A stretch of 64,000 nt of DNA. It comes from an uncultured Chlamydiae bacterium (GTDB lineage: Bacteria; Chlamydiota; Chlamydiia; Chlamydiales; JAJFMB01). The notes beneath the pieces were generated by a model, which saw only the letters and a list, made by a program, of their open reading frames with translations, was not told where the DNA came from and searched no databases. Below are positions 55,805-64,000 of the stretch, in pieces; the stretch's first letter is position 1, and every line of letters starts with the position of its first letter. The stretch covers positions 736,001 through 800,000 of the forward strand of contig CAVOJR010000001.1 of NCBI GenBank assembly GCA_963696295.1, written 5' to 3'. Both the position numbers and the translations under genes were made by a program.

Positions 55805-56785
55805 ATGACCGAATTTTCCAGAAAAGAATTTGAACTCTTAGGGGAGCCCGACGGTCCCTGGCCGGTCGATGATATAAGGACTTCTAAATGGCTCCCGAAG
55901 GGTCCTGTCGAAAAGGAGGAATCCCAGGCAGTGCACCGGTGGCTTTCGAGGTTCGTCATCCTGGCGTTAGGAAAAAAACCACAGGCTTTCGAACGGCAAA
56001 ATAAACTGATTTCCTTTGGCGCGCGATATATCTTAATCCCCGTCGAAGAAGGGGCGTTTATGAAACTCACTTTAGTGTGCAGCCGCAATTGCGATGAAGG
56101 GTGCCGCGTTTACCTTTACTCTCCGGGCAATTTTGAAACACTGGATGATTGGGAGGACCTGCTGAACCATGGAGTATTAGCCGGTCAACTTGGAGCCAAA
56201 GGGGTGATTCTGGATTACCGCCTCTATGATGAGAAGGGGGAAAAGCTATCTAAGGGCATCAGCAAAGGCCTGGCCCTCAAAATCCATCGGCTGGGTTTAT
56301 GCTTCATCGAAGAAGAGCTGCTGGGAAGGGAAATTATCCTGATAGGGCGATCGCTTGGGGCGGGCATTCAGGCCGAATCTTTGCGCGGGCTGGAATTAAA
56401 ACCGGAGAGCCGCTATGTGGCTGTCAGCACCGATGCCTTCAGCGATTACTCAGAGGCGGCGAGCGAGCTGCTTTCCAGTTTTGCCGGGCGCTTAATCCGG
56501 TATTTTAACTGGAATCTCAGAACCGCGGAAGCTTTAAACGGCGTGATGATCAACCGCGTTGTGATTCAATCCATAGAAGGGGAAAAAGTCACTATTGAAA
56601 ATCAATTCACGCAAAAAGTGAAGGACGACGGGCTGATCAAGCCAAAAGCCGCCCTGGCTCCCGCCCTGGAGGCTAATGGTCGAACGACCTACTACTTCGG
56701 CATCCCCAATCGGGAGCATAATGATCCTCTCTATCTGGAGGAATGGGGAGTGAACGACAAAATAATCGCCCTGTTGGAAAAATAA
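55805..56785 (+). CDS. Alpha/beta hydrolase fold protein (chlamydial CPn0927/0928-like)
   Basis: PGN, GRSLGA nucleophile elbow, DGLI, HND. Confidence 0.65.
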   Translation: MTEFSRKEFELLGEPDGPWPVDDIRTSKWLPKGPVEKEESQAVHRWLSRFVILALGKKPQAFERQNKLISFGARYILIPVEEGAFMKLTLVCSRNCDEGCRVYLYSPGNFETLDDWEDLLNHGVLAGQLGAKGVILDYRLYDEKGEKLSKGISKGLALKIHRLGLCFIEEELLGREIILIGRSLGAGIQAESLRGLELKPESRYVAVSTDAFSDYSEAASELLSSFAGRLIRYFNWNLRTAEALNGVMINRVVIQSIEGEKVTIENQFTQKVKDDGLIKPKAALAPALEANGRTTYYFGIPNREHNDPLYLEEWGVNDKIIALLEK

Positions 56786-56824
56786 TTTCGGGAAGTAAAT
56801 GGGTGATTTTGATTTAATGAGGTC

Positions 56825-58459
56825 ATGGGAATTTTATTGCTTTTTTCTTTTTTGGCGGGCATTTTCACGGCGCTCTCACCCTGCATTCTGCCCGTCCTGC
56901 CGGCCATTTTGGCATCCGGGGTCTCCGAAGGGCGCCTGCGCCCCCTTGGGACTATCCTCGGCCTGATCTTGAGCTTCAGCTTTTTTACTTTGAGTCTCAC
57001 CTGGCTCGTTCAGGAAACCGGCCTCTCCCCGGCCATCTTAAGATATTTGGCGATCGCGCTGATTTTTTTCTTCGGCCTCGTGATGATCTTCCCGAAACTC
57101 TCCAACTGGTTTTCGAGTGTGACGGCGCCTATTGCTGGCCTCGGCCAGTCGATCCAGGGCTCCAAACCCCGCTCCGGCTTTCTTGGGGGATTTCTCTTTG
57201 GCATCGCCCTCGGCCTGATCTGGACGCCCTGCGCCGGCCCCATCCTGGCTGCGATCACCACACTCGTCGCTTCCCACGCCCTGAACGGAACGGCGGTTCT
57301 GATGACGCTGGCCTATAGCCTCGGGGCGGCGATTCCCCTCTTTCTCTTCGCCTATGGAGGAGGCAAGCTGGTCAAATCGTCCCGCTCCCTCTCCCGCCAT
57401 ACCGAGAGAATCAGGCAATTTTTTGGCGCTCTGATGGTGCTTTTCGCCCTGGTGCTGCTCTTTAACTGGGATATGCTGCTCAACCAGCAGCTCGCGCGCC
57501 TTTTTCCGGAAATTCTGTCGGAAAAGAATCTGCCCATCCAGTCTCAGCTGCAAAAAGTGATCGGCGGTGAAAGCCTGTCGGCCGGGGAAAAAGCGCCCGA
57601 GCTTACCGGCATCGTCACTTGGGTCAATACGCCTCCGCTGACTCTTTCTGAGTTGAAAGGGAAAGTGGTCCTGATCGATTTTTGGACCTACAGCTGCATC
57701 AACTGCCTCAGAACACTCCCCTATCTGGAAAGCTGGGATAAAAAATATAGAAAAGAGGGCCTGGTCATCATTGGGGTGCACACGCCCGAATTTGAGTTTG
57801 AAAAGAATCCGGACAATGTCAAAAAAGCCGCAGAAAATTTGGGGGTCGCCTATCCAGTCGCCCTGGACAGCAACTACGCCACCTGGAACGCTTACCACAA
57901 TCAATTTTGGCCGGCCCACTATCTGATCGATCAGCAAGGGAAAATCAGCCAGGTCCACTTTGGCGAGGGAAGTTATGTCGAGACTGAAAATGAAATTCGA
58001 AAGCTTCTGGGATTGAAAGCGTTGAATATGAAAGAACCGGAAGTGAACACCTTGCCCATGTCCCCTGAGACTTACTTAGGGCTTGAGAGAGGGCGGAGCT
58101 ATAAAATGCCCATAGTTCCTTTCGAGACCAAAGAGTACAGCTACGAACCACCTTTAGGCGAAGACCAGGCGGCCCTAAGGGGCCCCTGGCTGGTAGAGAA
58201 AGAATACATCGAGTCGGAAAGCGGTCATAGCTATCTGGATTATAACTTCCTCGCCGAACACGTCTACCTTGTCCTCGGGGGATCAAGCTCTGAACCGGTC
58301 GAGGTGGAGCTGGATGGAAAGCCCTACGGGCAAATCAGGATAAACGGGGACAAGAAGTACGATATCGTTCACACCACCTATAAACGCCACCACCTCTCCT
58401 TAAAAGTGCCCCAAGGAGTCAGGGCTTACGCCTTCACCTTTGGCAACGGAGCTTCCTGA
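56825..58459 (+). CDS. dipZ: DipZ-like CcdA/DsbD + thioredoxin fusion
   Basis: SPCILPVLP, WTPCAGP, DFWTYSCINC, VHTPEF, PETYLG. Confidence 0.92.
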   Translation: MGILLLFSFLAGIFTALSPCILPVLPAILASGVSEGRLRPLGTILGLILSFSFFTLSLTWLVQETGLSPAILRYLAIALIFFFGLVMIFPKLSNWFSSVTAPIAGLGQSIQGSKPRSGFLGGFLFGIALGLIWTPCAGPILAAITTLVASHALNGTAVLMTLAYSLGAAIPLFLFAYGGGKLVKSSRSLSRHTERIRQFFGALMVLFALVLLFNWDMLLNQQLARLFPEILSEKNLPIQSQLQKVIGGESLSAGEKAPELTGIVTWVNTPPLTLSELKGKVVLIDFWTYSCINCLRTLPYLESWDKKYRKEGLVIIGVHTPEFEFEKNPDNVKKAAENLGVAYPVALDSNYATWNAYHNQFWPAHYLIDQQGKISQVHFGEGSYVETENEIRKLLGLKALNMKEPEVNTLPMSPETYLGLERGRSYKMPIVPFETKEYSYEPPLGEDQAALRGPWLVEKEYIESESGHSYLDYNFLAEHVYLVLGGSSSEPVEVELDGKPYGQIRINGDKKYDIVHTTYKRHHLSLKVPQGVRAYAFTFGNGAS

Positions 58460-58905
58460 TGAAGATTGAATTTGTCGATAAACTCTCCGAAGCTGAAGAG
58501 GAAAAAATGCGCCGCGACCTCGCCGCCTATGAAAGCAGCCACGGCATCGATGTCAATTACCGCAGGTTTACCATCGCTCTTAAGGATGAGCACGGCCTCA
58601 TTGGCGCTCTGAACGCCTTTACGGCCTACGCGGAGATCTATATCGACGATATTTGGATCGCTGCTCCCTACCGGGGCCGGGGACTTGGAAAAAAACTGGT
58701 GGAGGCGCTCGAAGAGCATTTCAAAGGGCAGGGATTCAACAATATCAACCTGGTGACAAGCGCTTTTCAGGCACCTCAGTTTTATAAGAAATGCGGCTTT
58801 AAGCCCGAATTTGTGAGAGAAAATAAAAAAAATCCCCAGCTGACAAAGACGTTTTTTGTGAAGTTCTTCGACGAGGAGATCCAAACGCAGGGTCTGCTAA
58901 GCTGA
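58459..58905 (+). CDS. GNAT family N-acetyltransferase
   Basis: YRGRGLGKKL, FQAPQFYKKCGF. Confidence 0.9.
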   Translation: MKIEFVDKLSEAEEEKMRRDLAAYESSHGIDVNYRRFTIALKDEHGLIGALNAFTAYAEIYIDDIWIAAPYRGRGLGKKLVEALEEHFKGQGFNNINLVTSAFQAPQFYKKCGFKPEFVRENKKNPQLTKTFFVKFFDEEIQTQGLLS

Positions 58906-58961
58906 TTTTACATATTGTCTAATTTTTACATATTGACAAATTTACTCAGGATAGGCATACT
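58906..58961 (+). promoter_or_regulatory. Promoter with direct repeats over the -35
   Basis: ttttacatattg at 58906-17 and 58924-35; TTGACA (58933-38) N17 CATACT. Confidence 0.55.
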
Positions 58962-58984
58962 TTCAGAAAAATCAGGAGATTGTC

Positions 58985-60151
58985 ATGCCCAGATTATCAA
59001 GAGTATCCCGGTTAGCCGATGTCCCGGGCATTGGAGTGGACAAGATGGGAAATGCGGCCGATGCCGCTCATGACCCTGATATATTGCGGCTCGAGAACCT
59101 CGACACCGATATCCCGCCGCCGCCCGCAGCTATTGAAGCCACCCGGCAGGCCATCGGACGCGATGAAAATAACAGCTATCTCCCCTTTCTTGGCCAGGAA
59201 GCTTTAAGAAAAGCCGCGAAAGACCGGGTTTTTAGGGCGAGCGGCGTCGACTATGAGTGGCAGACGGAATGCCTTATCACGGCCGGCGGAATGTCGGGCA
59301 TTTTGAACTGCTTCCTCGCCCTGCTCGAGACAGGCGATGAAGTCATTGTCACCGATCCCGTCTATGCCGGCATTATCAACCGCATCCGCCTGGCAGGGGG
59401 CGTGCCCGTTTACGCACCGCTCATTCCCTCCAAAGAGGGGTGGCGTCTGGACACAAACGCCCTGGAAAAAGCCGCCTCGCCCCGCACGCGCATGATAGTC
59501 ATGAGCCCGGGAATGCCCTCAGGCCACATATTGACGATGGCAGAGTGGGAAGCAGTAGCCAGAATCTGCATTCAGACAGATGCGTGGCTATTATATGACG
59601 CTGCCATGGAGCGGATACTCTATGATCAAAGGTCTGTGATCCATCCCGCCTCCTTACTCGGCATGAAGGAGCGCACCGTCACTGTCGGAGCGGCTTCCAA
59701 AGAGCTGAGGATGATCGGATGGCGGGTCGGCTGGGTGGTGGGACCAAAGAGCATCATGAATGAAATTGGGCTCGTCAGCATCTCCAACGTCGTTTGTCAA
59801 ACGGGGATCAGCATGGCGGGAGTCGCTGCGGGCTTGAACGCTCAAGACGACGGATTGCCCGCGGCCCTGGCGATATGGGAAGAGAGGCGCAACACTTTGC
59901 TGCTGGAACTGAGCGGCCTGCCGGTCATCCCTCCCCATGGCGGATGGTCATTACTGCTGGAAGCCACTCCCTTTGGCATGACTTCTCAAGAGCTGGCCGA
60001 AAAGCTGTTTAAAGAGGCCAAAATTGCCGCGACACCGATGATCGGCTGGGGCCAAACAGCCGCGAAATATGTGCGTTTTGTCTTTTCAAATGAACCCAAA
60101 GAGCGCCTGGCAGGCCTCGGCAGGAGGGTAAATAAACTCTTAGGATCTTAG
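58985..60151 (+). CDS. Class I/II PLP-dependent aminotransferase
   Basis: GDEVIVTDPVY, YDAAME, SKELRMIGWRVG, YVRF. Confidence 0.9.
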   Translation: MPRLSRVSRLADVPGIGVDKMGNAADAAHDPDILRLENLDTDIPPPPAAIEATRQAIGRDENNSYLPFLGQEALRKAAKDRVFRASGVDYEWQTECLITAGGMSGILNCFLALLETGDEVIVTDPVYAGIINRIRLAGGVPVYAPLIPSKEGWRLDTNALEKAASPRTRMIVMSPGMPSGHILTMAEWEAVARICIQTDAWLLYDAAMERILYDQRSVIHPASLLGMKERTVTVGAASKELRMIGWRVGWVVGPKSIMNEIGLVSISNVVCQTGISMAGVAAGLNAQDDGLPAALAIWEERRNTLLLELSGLPVIPPHGGWSLLLEATPFGMTSQELAEKLFKEAKIAATPMIGWGQTAAKYVRFVFSNEPKERLAGLGRRVNKLLGS

Positions 60152-60239
60152 CATTAAATTTATATTACTCCATACATATTTATAATTAATTAATTAAATA
60201 TTCTTTTATAATTATATATAAATATTATGGGGTAATTGA

Positions 60240-62369
60240 ATGGACCCTTTAAAAGTAGGCGAGCCCAAAGTCATTACTGAAACAGCCGCATCAACGGAAG
60301 TTACCTCTACGCACATAACCGAAAAAAAGCCGGCAGCGGAATTCAGAGAAGAAGTCACTGGTGAACTCAAAGACACAAATCATATCACTTTTTTGGCGCG
60401 GAGCGATGCCGTCTGGAACAAAATCATTGAAAGAAAACCTGAGCTAAAGGAAAAAATTAATGCCTTTAATGAAAAACACAAAGATAAAATGCAAACCATG
60501 CAGAACAAATCGTGGAAGGAGCTAAAAAGCGAACTGGGAAACCAGATGGCCCAAGGCGACGATTCCTGGGAGAATTTCCGGAAAGAAGCAAACGCGTTAG
60601 TCAATGAATTATTGGCTGAGGCCTTAACAGAAATGGATTTGCCGCAAGTAACATGGACTGCCTGCGGCACAGTGGGATACAACTCGGATGTCGATACCAG
60701 CATGCTGGGCAGGCTTACCCTAGACCAAGCTTATACCATTAAGTGTCTTAGGGATACAACACACGCCTTTGTATTTAGAGGGCTCTCCGGAACACAGCTT
60801 GATACCGAATGTTATACTCCCCACCCTGCGAAAGACAACACAGCGAGTCAACTCACAACCACCCTATGCAAGTCGCAATTCGCGACATCGGAATGCTCTA
60901 TGGCTTTACTGCAAGGGAAGGTTGGGCTGCAGCATCAGCCTGAAGTCTGGAGGAAATTTTGCCAAGAAGAAGTTAACAATAGCGGAGATAGAAGAGAAAC
61001 GACAAGGGCGACTATCAACACTATCGATAATTGGCATGACGCCATGCATTTCGATACGCTGAAAGAAATCATTATTGAAAATGAACATTTGAGCCGGGAA
61101 GCCGTCAACGGGATGGGAAAAGAAGAGATCTTTGAAAGAGCGGAAAAGATCACCGCAAATGATAAGGAAGCCTACAAAAGAGCCGCTCTTAACTACCGCG
61201 CACCCATTATGCTGCAATTGAGCAGTCAATGCAATCGGCTGAATAATCAACTTTCTGGATTGCGTAATCAACAACAGCAGTATGAGAAAACATTAATTGA
61301 AATGGATACCTTGAGTAAAATGCTAAACAGCCTCCAGGATGAAGGCACCTTTTCACAAGCCGAAGGCAACGTGACACTTTTTGCAGAAGGCGGCCAGCAA
61401 GATGCCAGCGCCAAAGCACAAGTGCCCAAACTAATTAAGCGTTCCGAAAGCGTGGCCCATATAAATGTTATACGCGAAGAAGCAAGAGCAAAAATACCCC
61501 AAAAAAAACCCCCTACCGTTAGAGAATTAACCCATGCGGCCTATGAAGAACAGCAGCAATTTAAACATGTCATGCAAGACGGTTTACAAAGGGCTGCAGA
61601 AATGCAGGAACCTGAAAAAGCAGCGGCACAGGCTGGCAAAACAGCGATTGCCGCAGGGAAGTATTGTTTGAGAACGATAAGAAACAAGCGGCGCGCTATG
61701 GAGTCAGTAGAGAAATTATACAAACATGAGAATAAGAAGTTGCCGGAGGGATTTTCCGATCTTCTGGCAAGAATGAAAAATATGGAAGATAAAGCACTTC
61801 ACCTGGAACAATGCAAACGAAGAAACGTTCTGAATAAGGAATCGGCGCTTGTGCTTCTTAAGAAGGCCTTACCAGAAGCAGATCCCAAAAAACTGGAAGA
61901 GATTGTCGATCGACACCAACAAACACTTTCAGACGAAACCTTGCTGAAAAGGGAAAAATTAAACATACTGGTCAAAGATTTAACGGAACATATTGGTGAG
62001 ATTGATACGATCAGACCAACTAAAGCGCCCCACCTGGGAGACAAGTTGTTACCAAGACAGGAAACTGTCAGGAACGTGCTTCAAGGGATGGTGGGATATT
62101 CCCAAGTTAAGGAAAAACATACGGGTCTGGCTCCCCTGTTTGATGATGCCGAAAAGATTACACTCGAAACATTTGATTTAACCACGTTAGAAAAGGTAAA
62201 AGAATTTGAACAAGAGGTCGAACAGTTATCCAGAGATTGGCAAAATATGGCTTTTGAAATGAAAGTCTTGGATAGTCTGACTGGACCCGAATGGGTGAAT
62301 GAGAATATGAACTATAATGAGATCTGGCAATCAGCAAAGCATGACGCTCTGGAAAGGAGGGTAACATGA
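60240..62369 (+). CDS. Hypothetical protein with NTase-like GT...SDVD motif and coiled coils
   Basis: ACGTVGYNSDVD (60666-60695), then LDTECY. Confidence 0.6.
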   Translation: MDPLKVGEPKVITETAASTEVTSTHITEKKPAAEFREEVTGELKDTNHITFLARSDAVWNKIIERKPELKEKINAFNEKHKDKMQTMQNKSWKELKSELGNQMAQGDDSWENFRKEANALVNELLAEALTEMDLPQVTWTACGTVGYNSDVDTSMLGRLTLDQAYTIKCLRDTTHAFVFRGLSGTQLDTECYTPHPAKDNTASQLTTTLCKSQFATSECSMALLQGKVGLQHQPEVWRKFCQEEVNNSGDRRETTRATINTIDNWHDAMHFDTLKEIIIENEHLSREAVNGMGKEEIFERAEKITANDKEAYKRAALNYRAPIMLQLSSQCNRLNNQLSGLRNQQQQYEKTLIEMDTLSKMLNSLQDEGTFSQAEGNVTLFAEGGQQDASAKAQVPKLIKRSESVAHINVIREEARAKIPQKKPPTVRELTHAAYEEQQQFKHVMQDGLQRAAEMQEPEKAAAQAGKTAIAAGKYCLRTIRNKRRAMESVEKLYKHENKKLPEGFSDLLARMKNMEDKALHLEQCKRRNVLNKESALVLLKKALPEADPKKLEEIVDRHQQTLSDETLLKREKLNILVKDLTEHIGEIDTIRPTKAPHLGDKLLPRQETVRNVLQGMVGYSQVKEKHTGLAPLFDDAEKITLETFDLTTLEKVKEFEQEVEQLSRDWQNMAFEMKVLDSLTGPEWVNENMNYNEIWQSAKHDALERRVT

Positions 62370-63274
62370 ATACCGCTGTTAGTCTAGCTGTTGAAGAATT
62401 TACCACCCAAAGCTATGCCGGGGCCGCCGAGCTGCAAAAATCCCCTGATTACAACCACAAAATCAGCGCCATAAGAGAAAACCTGGCAGCAATACCCCCC
62501 GACCGTTTCAAGAAGATGAACATTTCCGTACAAAAAGAAGTGCTGAAAAATCTCAACAAAACGGATATCCCCATATTTCCTTATGTTTGCTTTGAAACGC
62601 AGAAGACACTCTTTGAAAATCAGTTCTACCGCACACAAATCGCGAAAGGACTCTGCAAGTGGAACGAAAATAAAACCTCCCTCCGTATTGCTGATAACTC
62701 ATTAACGCACGACCAGATTGGCCATATGCTGCTTGAAATGGCTCCGGAAGAAAAAAGCAATGCGGAAACGTTAGATCTCAGCTCATGCATCGCGCTTGAA
62801 AGTCTCGCGCTGGATAACAGATCCATCCTGGAAGGATTTGACCGGTTAACTACCCTGATCCTCCCCAATTGGACATTCTTTGCCGAACCAAAAGGCATTA
62901 ACGCTGTCTGCAATCATCTGGAAACCCTGGATATCTCAGGCTCAGGCGTGGAATCTCTGGAATTTTTAGAGGGATTCTCCAGTCTCAAGGTATTTAAAGC
63001 CAACAGGTGCGGCAAGCTTAAGGATGTTGCCGGCCTCAAGCACTGCCCCGAGTTGACAGAGCTGGTTTTGACCGGATGCTCTCAAGTGCATCAATCCAAA
63101 TTCTCTGTGATAGCAACGCTTGCCAACCTGGAAAGATGCAATATGCATAATACCGTTTCTCTTAACAGTTTAGAGCCATTTAAAGAATTGAGAAAACTGA
63201 CGCAACTGGACATAAGCGGCACAAGAGTGCCACAAAAGGAGTGCTTGTCCAGCAAAGTTTCCATTACTCGTTGA
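62366..63274 (+). CDS. Leucine-rich repeat protein
   Basis: LDLSSC, LETLDISGS, LVLTGC, LDISGT; ATGA overlap with the upstream gene. Confidence 0.8.
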   Translation: MNTAVSLAVEEFTTQSYAGAAELQKSPDYNHKISAIRENLAAIPPDRFKKMNISVQKEVLKNLNKTDIPIFPYVCFETQKTLFENQFYRTQIAKGLCKWNENKTSLRIADNSLTHDQIGHMLLEMAPEEKSNAETLDLSSCIALESLALDNRSILEGFDRLTTLILPNWTFFAEPKGINAVCNHLETLDISGSGVESLEFLEGFSSLKVFKANRCGKLKDVAGLKHCPELTELVLTGCSQVHQSKFSVIATLANLERCNMHNTVSLNSLEPFKELRKLTQLDISGTRVPQKECLSSKVSITR

Positions 63275-64000
63275 GTTGTTCCGCCCTTTTCATCTCAAAG
63301 ACTCCTTTCTCCTGCAGATATCTGTTCACCGGCATGCTGACGAAATAGGAGACTTCCCTTTTGGAAACGGTAATATCCGGGGGAACGGATGAGGGGATTT
63401 TTGCGATTGAGGGGAGATACAGGCAGCAATCAAACTTCCCCTCTTTCGTATGCTCTTCCCTGAATTGTTGAATGGTGCGCGGCTCTTTTTGCTTTTTGCT
63501 GTAAAAATCGCGGATCACATACATTTGCGCAAGACCGGCATCTTTGGGATAAATTTGTTCGGTATAACTCCATTCGAGAGGAAGGTGAAATTCCGTCCGG
63601 TCAACTTTAAGCTCTTCCAGAATGGCTTTTAGGTTTTCCGGCTGGTTTTTCTTAATCCATAAAAGGGCATTTCTTAAGAGCGTGACAGCGCCAATGCGGC
63701 AAGAATTCATGTCGGCCTGGCGTTCGGTCTTGGCTTTATAAACAGATATCCCTTTAGACTTGAGATAGTCATCAACTGGTTCATCAAACAGCCTGAATTT
63801 GAATTTGGCCTTGATCACATCCAGGATATAACACTCCTCGTGATCTTGGGAAAAATGGCATAAAATGGGGCAGACGTGGCCATAGTGTTTATCGGGGTGC
63901 CTGAGTATAATCCCCATAAACAAGGGCTTATCCCTTTTGAGTTTGCTCCAGAGGGAGGGGAAAAGGGTCGATTCGATGACTTCGATCTGAATGCCGTATT
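63264..64000 (-). CDS. CE-clan (Ulp1/YopJ-like) protease or acetyltransferase, partial (start beyond right edge)
   Basis: Frame is open to the window edge; H(VCP)...ILD...RQADMNSC has the CE-clan H-D-Q-C order. Confidence 0.55.
   Translation of the reverse strand, partial: YGIQIEVIESTLFPSLWSKLKRDKPLFMGIILRHPDKHYGHVCPILCHFSQDHEECYILDVIKAKFKFRLFDEPVDDYLKSKGISVYKAKTERQADMNSCRIGAVTLLRNALLWIKKNQPENLKAILEELKVDRTEFHLPLEWSYTEQIYPKDAGLAQMYVIRDFYSKKQKEPRTIQQFREEHTKEGKFDCCLYLPSIAKIPSSVPPDITVSKREVSYFVSMPVNRYLQEKGVFEMKRAEQLNE

Noticed and set aside
57038..57958. 306-aa minus-strand ORF
   Set aside because: Antisense shadow of dipZ.

Overview
Chromosomal segment of a bacterium of the phylum Chlamydiota, most likely an environmental, amoeba-associated lineage. 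This is inferred from a chlamydial-type tmRNA, type-2 ileS, the large chlamydial lepB, a CT021-like gene, the hemH/fliY pair and an RHS-DUF687-like toxin. Housekeeping genes (hemH, ssrA, ileS, upp, cydAB, lepB, glycerate kinase, pncB, dipZ) alternate with AT-rich accessory genes, many of which look like host-directed effectors (HD-domain, ankyrin, LRR, CX5R phosphatase, U-box-like, NTase-like, CE-clan). Mobile and defence content: an RHS toxin/immunity locus, VapBC, an orphan Phd antitoxin, an AbiEi/AbiEii pair next to a CAU tRNA, and an IS605-family element that interrupts a histidine-phosphatase gene and carries a frameshifted tnpB. Two signals stand out. First, normally cytoplasmic nucleotide enzymes (a coupled methyltransferase/adenylate kinase/uridine kinase operon, plus upp elsewhere) all begin with signal-peptide-like N-termini. 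Second, three 110-170 bp palindromic elements share a conserved core, and one sits in frame inside a YD-repeat gene. No CRISPR array or rRNA was seen. All calls come from reading motifs by eye; no database search was run.
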